DNA of 64,000 bases from Chiloscyllium plagiosum (GCF_004010195.1 NC_057749.1:17284466-17348465); one strand, 5' to 3'; positions 13,843-26,477 are shown, counted from the stretch's first letter. The notes: a model not told the origin generated them from the sequence alone. Program-made: numbers and translations.

Positions 13843-14900
13843 TGTGAGAAGATTTGTAGCTCGGGTGCTCGTTGTTGTGGTTCTGTTCACCGAGCTAGGA
13901 ATTTGTGTTGCAGACGTTTCGTCCCCTTTCTAGGTGACATTCTCAGTGCTTGGGAGCTTCCTGTGAAGCGCTTCTGTGTTGTTGCCTCTGGCATTTATAG
14001 TGGTTTGTCTCTGCCACTTCCGGTTGTCAGTTCCAGCTATCCGCTGCAGTGGCCGGTATATTGTGTCCAGGTCAATGTGTTTGTTGATAGGATCTGTGGA
14101 TGAGTACCATGCCTCTAGGAATTCCTTGGCTGTTCTCTGTTTGGCTTATCCTATAATAGTAGTGTTGTCCTAGTCGAACTCATGTTGCTTGTCATCCGAG
14201 TGTGTGGCTACTAAGGATAGCTGGACATGTCATTTCGTGGCTAGTTGGTGTTCATGGACGCGGATCGTTAGCTGTCTTCCTGTTTGTCCTATGTAGTGTT
14301 TTGTGCAGTCCTTGCACGGGATTTTGTACACTACATTGGTTTTGCTCATGCTGGGTATCAGGTCCTTTGTCCTAGTGAGTTGTTGTCTGAGAGTGGCTGT
14401 TGGTTTGTGTGCTGTTATGAGTCCTAGTGGTCGTAGTAGTCTGGCTGTCAGTTCAGAAATGTTCTTGATGTATGGTAACATGGCTAGTTAGGAATGGGAG
14501 TTGGTTGTCCTTTTCTTCCTCTCTAGTGAATCGGATTCCTGTGAGTGTGGCGTTGATGATCCGGTGTGTGTTCTCTATTTCTGTATTTTTAATGATTACA
14601 AAGGTGTCGTCCACATATCTGACCCAGAGTTTGGGTTGAATTTGCGGTAAGACTGTTTGTTCTAACACGCATCATCGACGCCACACTCACAGGAAACACA
14701 TCGACCTGGACCCAATATACCGGCCACTGCAGCGGGCAGCTGGAACTGACAACCGGAAGTGGCAGAGACAAACCACTATAAATGCCGGAGGAAACAACAC
14801 AAGTGCTTCATAGGAGGCTCCCAAGCACTGAGGATGTCCCCTAGACAGGGGACGAAACGTCTGCAACACAAATTCCTAGCTTGGTGAACAGAATCACAAC
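13843..14900 (-). mobile_element. Poseidon-type Penelope-like element with inverted pLTR, inserted in L1 ORF2
   Basis: RT WVRYVDDTF (14453..14668); GIY-YIG NVVYKIPCKDCTKHYIGQTGR (14230..14481); inverted arms about 13874-14085 and 14695-14900; 12-bp TSD atacataagata at 13831-13842 and 14901-14912. Confidence 0.92.
14825..14864 (+). ncRNA. Minimal type I hammerhead ribozyme motif (predicted)
   Basis: GCA-CTGAGGA-T-GTCCCCT-AGAC-AGGGGAC-GAAA-CG-TC/TGC: intact CUGANGA and GAAA boxes, 7-bp stem II, GUC triplet, 3-bp stem I; activity not shown. Confidence 0.68.
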
Positions 14901-15239
14901 ATACATAAGATAATAAGGAGCTCAATTGGTACCTCCTGAAATCTGGAAAGTCAGTCCTCCCCTTACTTTTGGGAGCTGCAGCTTTTCTAATTTGATAAGG
15001 GGCCATCTAGGATTCCAAATAATGGAGCTGAGCCAGCCGTAAAGCTTACGCAATGTCTGCCTCAGCGGCATCAGGGGGAGCATTCTCATAGGATATAGAA
15101 GACGAGGTAGAATATTCATCTTAACTAGAGCTACTCTGCCTAGCCAGGATGTTGGAGATCTCCCCAACTTTGAAGGTCCTGCCTTATTTTTTCTAATAAG
15201 TGTACGTAATTGGCTTTATACAGCTGACCAAATACCAGA

Positions 15240-15298
15240 TTAGATTAGATTAGATTACAGTGTGGAAACAGGCCCTTCGGCCCAACAAGTCCACACCG
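15240..15298 (-). mobile_element. 59-bp 3' tip of HE1 SINE or CR1 LINE with (TCTAA)n tail
   Basis: Minus strand cggtgtggacttgttgggccgaagggcctgtttccacactg followed by taatctaatctaatctaa; flanked by identical 80-bp repeats 15160-15239 and 15299-15378. Confidence 0.9.
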
Positions 15299-18200
15299 CT
15301 CCCCAACTTTGAAGGTCCTGCCTTATTTTTTCTAATAAGTGTACGTAATTGGCTTTATACAGCTGACCAAATACCAGAGTAATAAAAATACCTAAGTACA
15401 GAAAACCTTCTAGTGACCACCAAAAGGGAAAACCAGATCCATCCGGTAAATTGGATATACTGTCAAGGCCTCCCAACGGCATGGCTTCCGATTTCATAAA
15501 GTTGATTTTGTAACCTGAGAACATACCGAACAGATTGACCACTTGAATTAAGCGGGGCATGGATGTCAAAGGATTACTTGAGAAGAGGAGGGCATCATCC
15601 GCATGGAGAGTAATTTTGTGCTTGCCTGATCCAACCCTCGGAGCCGTTATTTTAGGGTCAGTTTGTATAGCTTCCGCTAGGGGTTCAATCACACGTGTAA
15701 ATAATAATGGCGAGAGAGGACATCCCTGGCGACAGCCTCTGCCGATGCTAAAGCCATCCGAACTTAAGCCGTTGGTGATCATGGCTGCTTTGGGATCATT
15801 ATATAATACTGAAACCCATTTAGTAAAGACCTCTCCAACGCTGAACCGTTCCAGCGTATAAAAAAGATATGACCATTCTACCCAATCAAATGCTTTCTCT
15901 GCATCTAGGGAGACAACTAACCCCGGTATTGTTCCCTGTTGGCAGGCTTGTATCCTACTTAAGACCCTTCTAATGTTATTAGTTGGCCTGTGGATCCTTT
16001 ATAAACCCCATCTGGTCCTCTTTTATAATGAATGATAAAACTCTCTCCAGTCTTAATGCTAACATTTTTGAAAGAATTTTAAAATCCACATTTAACAAGG
16101 ATATGGGTCTATATGAAGAGCAATCTTCTGGGGCCTTTCCCTTCTTAAGAATGAGAGAAATATTTGTTTCTCTTAACGAAGGCGGGAGGCAGCCCTGACT
16201 GTGTGAATAATTGTACATATTTATGAGTGGCCCGGGCAGTTCCCCTTTAAATTCTTTATAGAACTCAACCTGGACTCTGTCTGGCCCAGGTGCTTTGCCA
16301 CTCTGAAGCTGCCTAACCGCATCCTGTACTTCCTGGGTTGTCAAGGGGGCATTAAAGATTGACACCTGCTCTGAGGTTAGACCCGGAAGGGCCAGATTTT
16401 TAAAGAAACACTCCATCTTCCTAGTTCTATCCCCTCAGTCCTGCGATTTATATAATTCAAAATAAAACTTTTTAAAGGCTGTATTGATCTTTTTACGATC
16501 ACAAGTTAAGGTACCAGCACTTTCTCTAATAGCTTGGGGTGCCTTTTTCTTTCTGGCAAGATATGCTAGATACCTGCCAGGCTTGTCACCATATTCAAAT
16601 AATCTCTGCTTTGCGAATAATATTTCCCTTTTTGCTGTTTGAGTAAGTGTGGTATTCAAGGCTGCCCTAAGGGCTGTGATCCTCTGTAGCTTAGTAATGG
16701 AGAGCCTATCAACATACGCTGTCTCAGCTGCCTGCAGCCGAGCCTCGAGCAGGTGCTGTCGCTCTCCCTTTTGTCGTTTCTGGGTCGCAGAATATGAGAT
16801 GACCAAGCCTTGCGCGTATGCCTTAGTGGTCTCCCACATCATCGAAGGGTTACTAATCATACTTGAGTTGATATCCCAGAAGGTTTTAAATTCCTGCAAA
16901 AGATACTTTATAAATTTGCTATCCTTCAATAAGAAAGGATCCATACGCCAATGTTGGGGGCCTATCCCATCATCCCTAGTCTTAACTTTCATATATATAC
17001 TGCGGCAAGACCAGAAATAGTTATATTATCTATTTTACAAGACAGTAACAAATTCAAAAGGGTCAAAGGGACAAAAAACATATCAATTCTGGAATGGCAT
17101 TTGTGTAGGTTAGAAAAGAAAGTAAAGTCTCTACTGTGGGGATGAAGACACCTCCACACATCTTCTAGTCCTAGCTCCTTGTTCAGATCCGCCAGTTGCC
17201 TCGATCTCCGAGATATGCCCATAGTGCTCCTAGGTATCCTATCCGTCTCTGGGTCAATAATACAATTAAAATCTCCCCCTATAATTGTATGACTGACCCA
17301 AAAGCCATTAACTTAGAGAACGCTTCTGTTACAAAATTAAAAGGGTGTGCCGGAGGGCAATAAAGATTCAAAATCCCGTATTCCTCTCCGTATATTAGGG
17401 CTTTGATCAATATATACCATCCAGACTCATCTTTTATCTGGCTTAACATTTGGAAAGGAAGATTCTTCCGAATGAGAATGGACAATCCCTTACTTTTTGA
17501 GCCAAACCCACCCTGTTCCAGCTTCAAGTGTTCCTTATCAAGTAGATGTGTCTCCTGTAGAACAGCTACATCAACCCTTTCTTTTTTAAGATTTGATAAT
17601 ATCTTTTTCTTTTGATTGGCGAGTGGCCCCCCTTGACATTCCAGGTGCACCATCTAATCGATTGGCTAGCCAGGATCGTCCAGTCAGGCCGGAGACCCCC
17701 CAGGAGGAAGAACCCCACCCAAAAGACATTGAATAAAGACCATAAAAAATTCACATAAAAAAGAATTCTTTAAAACAGCTAAACCAACACAATTAAGAAC
17801 TACTCCTAAGTAAAAATAACACAGAACATATTTGAAAGGAGACTCTCCCCCTTGCTCCCAGGGGGCATTACTACCTTCCAGTAACCCCACCATAACCTCT
17901 CCCAGCTAAGGCCCTGTCCTCGGCCCAGGCATTACAAAATGGAGTAAATAAATTCAAGTGTCTTATAGAACAGGAGTTAACAGTGAGTGACCCACCCTCC
18001 CCCCATGCCATCACCTAGATATGTTTAATAAAACAATACATGATAGAAATATATAAAGTTATAAAATTACAATCCCAGCAAGTATTAGGCAACTAAATAA
18101 GAAAAAAAGAGAGAAAACCCCACTCAAAAAATAAAACTCCCCCAAAAATCAAATAAGCCGCACAAGCTATAGAAGGGAGACCCCCACCACGGAGAAGAAT

Positions 18201-19191
18201 GGGTGATGGAGAAAGAAAGAAGAGTAAGCAAAGGGCGTTTTGTGCAAAATGAAGTCATTATCCATACAGTTCAAGTCCTGCAGTCTATTTGAGAGGGTCC
18301 AGGAATTCTTTTACTTTCTCTGGTGATTCAAAGTTATATACTGATCCTCCATGACTGAAGCGCAGCATTGCCGGATATCACATAGAGTATTGAATATTTA
18401 AGTCTCTCAAACGCTCCTTCGCCTCATTGAATGCCCTCCTCTTGCGGACCACGAATGCAAAAAAAGTCCTGAAACAGCATTATCTTGGAGCCTTTGTACA
18501 TCATGGCATGGGGATCAGTGGGCCCACTCCATCTGTACCTGGCCCGGTCCTGACTCCAACTTCAATAATTGTGGGAGCCATTGCTCCAAGAAATCCACAA
18601 GCTGGCCTTCCTCCTCCCGTTCGGGAAGGCCCAGCAACCGAATATTTTTCCAACGACCCTGATTCTCGAGGTCATCAATGTGCTCCTCCAGGGCCCAGAC
18701 TCGCCTCTCCAGAGCCCGGACCTGACCCACGGATGACTCAGCAGCAATCTCCGAGGCCGCGGCCCATTGCTCTGCCCCTCCGACACGCTGCCCAAGTTTT
18801 TCGATCTCTCGATCATGCTTCTGCAGCATGACCAAGATCGACTCCCACCTGGACCGGGCTTCCTTGATGGATGTGTCGATCTTCTCCAGGAGTTTGATGA
18901 TCTCTGAGATCAGGCTCGTCTCTGCAGGTAAGTCCCCCAAGGTGGCCATGGACGTCCCTGCTGCTGTGGGAGGGGGTGGGGGTGGGGGCGGGGGCGGGTC
19001 CCTGCCTGTTGCGAACTGCAGGAGATTTTGCCTTTAGTCATTTTTTAAAAAAGCACCAAACTGTTAAAGTTTAATGCAAAATGACTAAGCAAAGCTATCT
19101 TGAGTGGTTTAAAAGGTGAGGTGAAGGTGGATACCCCACCATGCCCGAATCTTAGGCAGAGCATTTGCAGACTCAGACCTCCTGGATTGCA

Positions 19192-19200
19192 GCCATCTTG
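19192..19200 (-). promoter_or_regulatory. YY1-type motif CAAGATGGC near the L1 5' end
   Basis: Minus strand begins TGGGAGATT-CAAGATGGC-TG; motif starts at +10 from the TSD-defined start. Confidence 0.65.
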
Positions 19201-20665
19201 AATCTCCCAACTTCACACATTTAAAGCATTGCCTGAGCTGAGATGTCACCTTTTTTTTTCAGTAAAAACCTTAAGTTATCTTGAGAATGTGACTTAAAAG
19301 AAGTTCTGGGCTTTACATATTAATGAATCTCAAACCCATTCTAAAAGATGAAAGACTTAACAACATCTATGCTTGTTCAGTATATAGTTTTAGTTGCATG
19401 ATACTGTGAACTTTTGCTATAAATTCTGTGTCTTGTGATCCTGCTCCACAGCTACCTGATGGAGGAGCAGCACTCCAAAAGCTAGTGCTTCTAAATAAAC
19501 CTGTTGGACTATAACCTGGTGTTGTGATTTTTAACTTTGTTTACCCCAGTCCAACACTGGCACCTCCACGTCATAACATTGAGCAGGCATTTTCACTATT
19601 CAACTAATGGCTGATTTTTGACTGCCTCTTTTCCCAAGATCGTGAACTCTTGCAACATAAACATTGCATACTGCAAATGGATCCAAGTGTGATTGCTTTT
19701 TTGATATTCAGTAGATTTGCATTGTTGTGGGTTTGATCTTTGGGGTTTCCTCAGAATTACCCTTTTGGATTCCTCCCTGGCACCACATTAGAGGGTACCT
19801 GTTCAACCACAGTACACATGATAAATGCATTCTGAGGGCAACTCAGACAGTTACTAAGTATTGGCAACCACTTAAAAAAGCAGTAACAAGCGAATATCTT
19901 GAATTGGAAACTGATTTTATTTTTTCTCTGGTATTTCTTACAGCATTGTTTTCTCAACCTTAAAAGCAACTGAAAAGAAGTAGAAAGTTTTAGCACCGGT
20001 ATCCCCCTCCTTCCCGATCTTTTTTGCCTTCATCTTGAAGTAATCTTGGCTCTGTCAAGACACCTGTCTTGATCTTATATTTGGCTTAAATCGCTGGCTC
20101 TTATCACTGAACTGCAGGATCATTGCTTTTTCTGCACAATCCTAGAAGATACTTGGATTTGCAAAGCCTATAGCTCTTCTTAACTTGCCCTCACTCTGGA
20201 TTTTAAGTATCCCACCCAATCTTTTGGACAATATTGGGCAAAAGCTGTTTTGGTGCTTTTAAAGTTGTCTTATTTTGAATGAGCCACTAAAATTAGATTC
20301 TGTCTTCCCTGTCTGTCTTTGACAAAAGATCCCATTACATTATCCATAGAGACACAAAAGAGTCTTGCTGCCCAAAATATATCTGCCATCTCACTTGACT
20401 AGAATGGATTAATTGACCACTTACCTTATTATTGCATGTGGGACTTTTCTGTGTCTTAATTGTCTGCCCTGAAAAAAATTGCTTAAAAAAAATTAATGCT
20501 TAATTGACTCATAAGAGATTTGCTTTATCCCAAGAACATGAAAGATGCTATGCAAACGTGTGTTTTTGTTAACAAGAGGATGACACCACAAAACTTTGTC
20601 CGTTAGAGGTTAACAGTATTGCGGTTGAAAGAGTGAACAGCTTGGATATTGGTCAAGGTAGGAGG

Positions 20666-20846
20666 AAGAAAGTGAGGACTGAGATGCTGAAGGTCAGAGT
20701 CAGGAATGTGATGCTAAAAGAGCACAGCAGATCAGGCAGCATCTGAGGAGCAGGAGAGTCGACGTTTCAGGCATAAGCCCTTCGCTAGGAATGGGAAGGC
20801 TTATGTCCGAAACGTCGATTCACCTGTTCCTCGGATGCTGCCTGAA
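20666..20846. mobile_element. Fold-back Penelope pLTR-derived element
   Basis: aagtgaggact tail and inverted arms; 8-bp direct repeat gtaggagg at 20658-20665 and 20847-20854. Confidence 0.78.
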
Positions 20847-22309
20847 GTAGGAGGGAGACTGTTCTATGAGGTTCAAATGGAAACATCTGAATCTGTCATA
20901 ACCTACAGGATCAGATTTTCTCCAGCTGTGATCTTTTCAGATAACTACCTATTTTGATAATTTTGGCATTCTTTGAAAGCTGTTTCAACTTCTGAAGGCA
21001 TGTGTTTTAAAAATATGAAGCATCATTGAGGCAAGAACTTTTCCCATTAAGGTTGATCTTGTGATTCCTCATTCTAAGTTTCGTTGTGGAACTGTTGCAA
21101 AGGAGGCAAGATCATTTGCTTGAATTGAATTTATACCTTTAGAGTTGCATTTGCTCATAATGTAATTTCCAACAGCTCTTTGATCAGCCTAATAGTTAGA
21201 CACTGAGACAGTAAATCACTACTACGAAGCAACCTTATTTGCTGGATGTTTCAACAGAATGACTTCACTAGCCTGCAGATCTATCTGTGAAGTTGGTTTT
21301 ATGTTGATACAATCACTGGGTGACCATTGCTCAGCTGCATTTTATGACTTTGAATTTTATTCATCAGTCCCTCTTATATTCTTTACAGAATTTATTATAT
21401 TTCAAATTATATTATTTTTCATATTATATATTCATATTATATATTAAAACTATATTTTGAGCTGTCTCTGACAGCAATTTGTGTGCTTGTAAATTTGTAG
21501 GGGTTGGAATTAGCTCCTTTTAATATTAGAGTCTGATAGTATTAGTCCAAGTGCAAGATTAATTCCAAAAAAAACACCCTTCCACTTCAAATTATGTACC
21601 AAACTTTGTTGGTTCCAAATTTAAAGACTTAGTCTTCTATGTCCTGTGATACAGTTTATCTTCTGATGGGCATGCACTTGCTTTGCTTCTATGATTTATG
21701 ACTAGAGTAATTTACATTTTCAGTCAGTTTTTAATCAACAGTTAAACCAACCTCAAAGCTGGAATCACGACCTTATTCTTGAATCCAGTATATTATATTC
21801 CTTATTGTTGGGAGAAGGTGAAAATTTGATTCATCCTTTTAATCACTGTGCTGTAAAGGTAGATGCATATGTCTTTCAAAAAATGAACAATTGAGCACTG
21901 TGAACCAGGCATAACCTGGGTCTGGATGAGCTGGAAGGACAGTTCTATTGTTACATAGGATTCAATGATTTATGAGCTGTTTGGGCATGAAGGGACAGAG
22001 GAAGAGAATAATGAATAGGTTTTCCATTTCTAAGTAGCACGTAATGATCTTTCTCTGAAGTCTGTAATTATATATATTGAGTAAGGACAGGAATGGGCTT
22101 GGTTTTAATGGTCACTGCTGTGAAACAGCCTGTAATGTGCAGTGTTGAGACCCTCCACTAAAGAACAGGCAGAAGTGTAAGAGGATGACTAATACGTTTG
22201 AAGGTTATTGTAGAGAAGAGTAAATATGTTCAGGGAGAGAGGCTGAAAGTCAATGATAAAATTATACAAATTCTTCCTGACAACATTATTTTCCTTCAAA
22301 CTTTAACAG

Positions 22310-22407
22310 GACAGTTTTTCTGTTGAGGGCGAGGATCTGAAACATGACTTTGAGCGCTTACAACTAGCCATGGAAATGGTTGGATTCTTGCCCAAGACAC
22401 GCAAACG
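22310..22407 (+). CDS. MYO9A: Myosin IXA exon, [32 protein letters not shown](R)
   Basis: ctttaacag acceptor and gtaaga donor; 98 nt, phase 0/2; myosin IX motor sequence. Confidence 0.95.
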
Positions 22408-22991
22408 GTAAGATGCGATACCTGGAATGCCAGAAACATGCTGAATGGATTTGTAACACAGAGATGTTTTACACGGGAGCAAATTGTTAGATGTAGTGTT
22501 ATGGTTTTGATTAAAAAGCTTGGTTTAAAAAGCTGTAGCTTTTTCATGATGGATATCTTTCTAACCAATCTGTTCCAGGAAAAGAATGCCTACCTCTGGA
22601 GTAGGTGGAATCCAGCAGTCCTTGTTCAGCGATAGAGATGCTATCACTGCCCCACAAGAGCCTTCATTTTCATATGATTACTCCCAAGTCCCAGAATTTA
22701 TCCTTAATCCTGCTGAATTAAACACTTAGCCTGGATGCAGAAGTTTGCCTCAATTAGAATGTGATTAGAGTTGCAAGGCTAAGGAGTATAAAAGGAATTC
22801 CATCTTGATTCATGAGGCTGACCATCATCAAGGATTAACACTAAGCCATAAGATGATGTCTGAGAACATGATGTCTGCAGTAAATTGCTGCCATTCTCAT
22901 AACGTTGTAGAGCAGTTTAGGTGACGTACAGGAGGACTTGCAACAAGAAAATCATTGGGATTAATTTTGAACTTGGCTGTCTGGGTAGTAA

Positions 22992-23194
22992 GCTGAAAAT
23001 GTGTTGCTGGAAAAGCGCAGCAGATCAGGCAGCATCCAAGGAACAGGAGAATCGACATTTCAGGCATAAGCTCTTCTTCAGGCTTATGCCCGAAACGTCG
23101 ATTTCCTGTTCCTTGGATGCTGCCTGACCTGCTGCGCTTTTCCAGCAACACATTTTCAGCTCTGATCTCCAGCATCTGCAGTCCTCACTTTCTC
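22992..23194. mobile_element. Fold-back Penelope pLTR-derived element
   Basis: Near-perfect arms of about 80 bp plus one-sided tail; 15-bp TSD ctgtctgggtagtaa at 22977-22991 and 23195-23209. Confidence 0.88.
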
Positions 23195-24149
23195 CTGTCT
23201 GGGTAGTAAAATGAGAGAGCAGATTGCTGTCAGTGTATGACCTGGTCAGTTGTTTTTTGATTCTTTGAAATCAGTGGAACAAAATCAAGCACATTCTATA
23301 ATGATGAAGTGGAATTTTTGAATTTAGCCAGCTTTCTTTTGATGAACAGGGCTGGGGACAAAAACATAATTTGTATACATGTTGAATGGAGAAGGAGATG
23401 GAGTGAAGTAGCCACAAAGCATAACTGTGAATTTTGGAAAAGATTGCTTGAAGTGCACCCTGCTGGAGCACACCAAATACTAGATGTAGGGATACTGTTT
23501 GAAAAATCTGGTGTGCCTGACTTAAACCAGATAAGTTGTCAAACAAGCTGGCCCTCAAGAATCATGAGCAAAAGAGCTATTTGTTGTTATACTCTCAATG
23601 ATTGTGGTACTTAAATATAGGTAAAAGGGAAATTGTGTTTTAGATGTGATGCAGGTATACAACTTCACTTGTTAGAAGTTTAAAATAATTGATTCTATTT
23701 AGAAAAAATGTTGCTGATACCAGCCAGGCATTGATAGGTCACAGAAAATAAACTAGGTTTTATTTATGTTGTATGAGTCCAGATTGTTTTGGTCTTTTTT
23801 AAAAATCATTTAATGCAGATTTATTGTGATTATAGTGAAATCTCATAGAATTAAAGCGTGTGAAGATGTCTTAAGAAACAGACTGAAATATCTGGTGGCA
23901 GGGATTTTGAAGAATTCTGTTATTTAACCTTTTCATTTTTGGAACTGAATCCTTAGTCTCTACCATCATACCTTGCACATGACTTTAATAGACTTTCTGA
24001 ATTGCACCTTGTTTAGATTGGATTGGGATTTCATGCAACATGTAACTACTGAAATCTCATAGGCATGAGTTTTGGGGTCAGTTATTTGCAATACATGTTA
24101 ATGACTTGAAAGATAGTGCATGCCTGTCATCCACACACTCTCAAAAATA

Positions 24150-24980
24150 GGTGGGAAGACAAGTAATAAAGGTGATGCATAGAGTCTGCAAAGGGATATC
24201 GACAGGTTCAGTGAGTGGACAAACATTTGACAGATGGAATGTAAAGTGAGAAAATGAGAGATTATGCACTTTGGCAGAAAGAACAGAGGAACTGAGCATT
24301 GTTTAAATGGAGCACAGAGAGATTTGGGAGTGCTTGTGAACAAATCACACAAAGCTAGCATGCAAGTTCAGTAAATAGAATGTTGGCCTTTATTTCATAT
24401 TGAAAGGAGGATAAAAGGCAGGTCTTGCTAATAATAATCAAGGCACTAGTCAGACCACAATTGAAATACTGTGAACAGTTTTGGTTTTCCCTTAGCTGAG
24501 CAAAAATGAACTGGCATTGGTGGCAATCTGGAGAAAGTTCACAAGGTTGATCCTGGATATGGAGGGACAGTGATATGAGGAGAATTTGTGCATCTTCGAC
24601 CTGTACTTGATGGAGTTTAAAAGAATGAGAGGTGACCTTGTTGAAATGTGCATGATTTTTAGGGGGCTTGTTGGGGAAGACGTAGAGAGGTTGTCTCCCT
24701 TTGTGGGAGAGTTTAGGACCAGAAATCGTAATCCCATTTAAGACAGAGATGAGGAATTTCTTCTTGCAGAGGGTAGTGAATTTGTGGAATTCTCTATGCA
24801 TAGATCTGATGAGTCTAAGTACATTCAAGTTTGAGCATTCAAACTTTTAAACAAGAAAAGGATCAAGGGTTATTGGCAAAAGGCAGGAAAGAGAAATTGT
24901 AATGTTAGATCAGCCTTGATCTAATTGAATGGTGGAGCAGTTTTGAATGGTTTATTTCAGTTCCTTTCTCTTATGGACTT
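24150..24980 (+). mobile_element. Old CR1 LINE 3' fragment
   Basis: Remnants translating LQRDIDR, WQME, LVRPQLKYC, RGDLVE, FFLQRVVNLWNSL. Confidence 0.75.
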
Positions 24981-25485
24981 AAGTTTTGGCTGAAATAATG
25001 CCAGTTTTAATTGTTCAAATTGATACTATTCCATTTGAAGACAAACAGAACTTTTCATAGCATGTCCATACAAGAAAGTCTGAAATGCTATTTATCCCAT
25101 TAAAACTAATGTTAAATCTATGTTTCAGAAGCTGATCATACATTGTTAAGCAGCTAATGGATTGCCGGTGCATAGTAACTCACTGTGTTGCCTTGTATTT
25201 TTCTGAAACTGTAATATTAATGTTTACCATCTGCTTCACTAACATTTTGGCTCTTTTGATTGCAGTATTATGGCTAAAATGCATCTTTGGAGACAAATTG
25301 TGCAATCACCATGGAAAAAAATAAAATTTTATAAACTTAAGATGTTTATAAAAATTTGTCCAGGTATTAGAGATGTTTTCCTCTCTTGTTTATTGCAAGT
25401 TTGATGTTCTATAATAGTTAGACGGTTCTATGTAATTAGATTTTTAGATGCAATTTAAATAATTTTAATGTCATTATAATTTCAG

Positions 25486-25612
25486 GATATTTTGCCTCCT
25501 GTCTGCAATTTTACAACTTGGGAATATAAAATACAAAAAGAAGACTTATCGAGATGATTCAGTCGACATTTGCAACCCAGAAGTGTTGCCCATTGTCTCG
25601 GAGCTTCTGGAG
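25486..25612 (+). CDS. MYO9A: Myosin IXA exon, IFCLLSAILQLGNIKYKKKTYRDDSVDICNPEVLPIVSELLE
   Basis: atttcag acceptor and gtagtg donor; 127 nt, phase 2/0; myosin LSAILxLGN motif. Confidence 0.95.
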
Positions 25613-26477
25613 GTAGTGCACCTATTCATCTTATCAATTCAATGCTGTATCATAATAACTTCCATTCTCTGTTAAATTGTTAAATTCTTTCCCTGAAAGA
25701 AATATACAGGTAATTCATTTTTGTTTATACCATAGTTCCTAGTTGAGAAAAGCCCAAAATTATACATTTTTTGCCTCAACCACAGCATATAGCACTATGT
25801 ACATGTACATTTCATGTTGTTATTGAAAAGAACGAGCCACATTTTGCATATTTAGCAGTAACAACTACTTGTACGTCACATTTGACAAAAAGTTCTTGAA
25901 GTTCTTTGAGCGTAATTGGACATAATTTTACACCAAGCCACACATGAAGGTATTGAGGCAGATCACCAAACACTTAAATCCTATTATTGATGATAATAGG
26001 ATTTAAGAAATGCCTTAAAAGAGGAAAGAGCGTTTTCAGAATTGGAGAGGTTTCAGGAGGAAATGCCGGAACTTCAGGGCCTCAGAAGCTGAAGGCATGG
26101 CTGCTAGTTGCAGAATTGTGGAAGGACATGAGGTCAGAATTGCTACGTCTGTTTATTTCTTGCTTGGACAAGAAGATCATACTGTAAAGTGAATACTGTT
26201 GAAAAGGTTTGCATAAGCGCAATGATTTTCACTATTTTCTGATTGCAGAAAAGATTTTTTGGTTAATTTGATAAAGAGAAAATTTAACTCTTTAAGTCAG
26301 GAAAGAAAATTAAATTTGCCAAATACTTCCTGAACCATCATGAAACTTAAGAATTCTTTGAATTAAAAACCTACCATGAAGATTTAAAGCCACATTAATA
26401 CCCAACTATTATTAACACTATGGAGCATAAAGTCTCTGTAATATCACTCATTTTGAAATTCACTGCTCTTTAATTAG

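Larger units (their letters stand above)
12626..19209 (-). mobile_element. Full-length but inactivated L1-clade LINE (ORF1 about 19041-18285, spacer about 600 bp, ORF2 about 17670-12900)
   Basis: ORF1 LEEHIDDLENQGRWKNIRLLGLPE; ORF2 TWNVKG, LQETH, SYRPISLLNVDFKIL, GCRQGCPLSP, HADD (mutated YADD), CPKC..HCLW; 13-bp TSD acttcacacattt at 12613-12625 and 19210-19222; many frameshifts and stops. Confidence 0.93.
11185..19575 (+). mobile_element. Neptune-type Penelope-like element (inverted 5' pLTR, GIY-YIG C-terminal remnant, 3' pLTR with tail), split by nested insertions
   Basis: 11185-11626 is the reverse complement of 12511-12625 joined to 19223-19538; 11655-11780 translates roughly DLWVTILQGGLQ..RRVAEQTLILKFG..GLNWDLGFMSH; 10-bp TSD acattgagca at 11175-11184 and 19576-19585. 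Confidence 0.82.

Noticed and set aside
12626..19209. Active L1
   Set aside because: YADD reads HADD, and ORF2 has several frameshifts and two insertions
22992..23194. Palindromic short repeats as DNA-transposon MITEs
   Set aside because: One-sided tail, variable 8-16 bp TSDs, variable centre, and identity with the terminal repeat of GIY-YIG Penelope fragments
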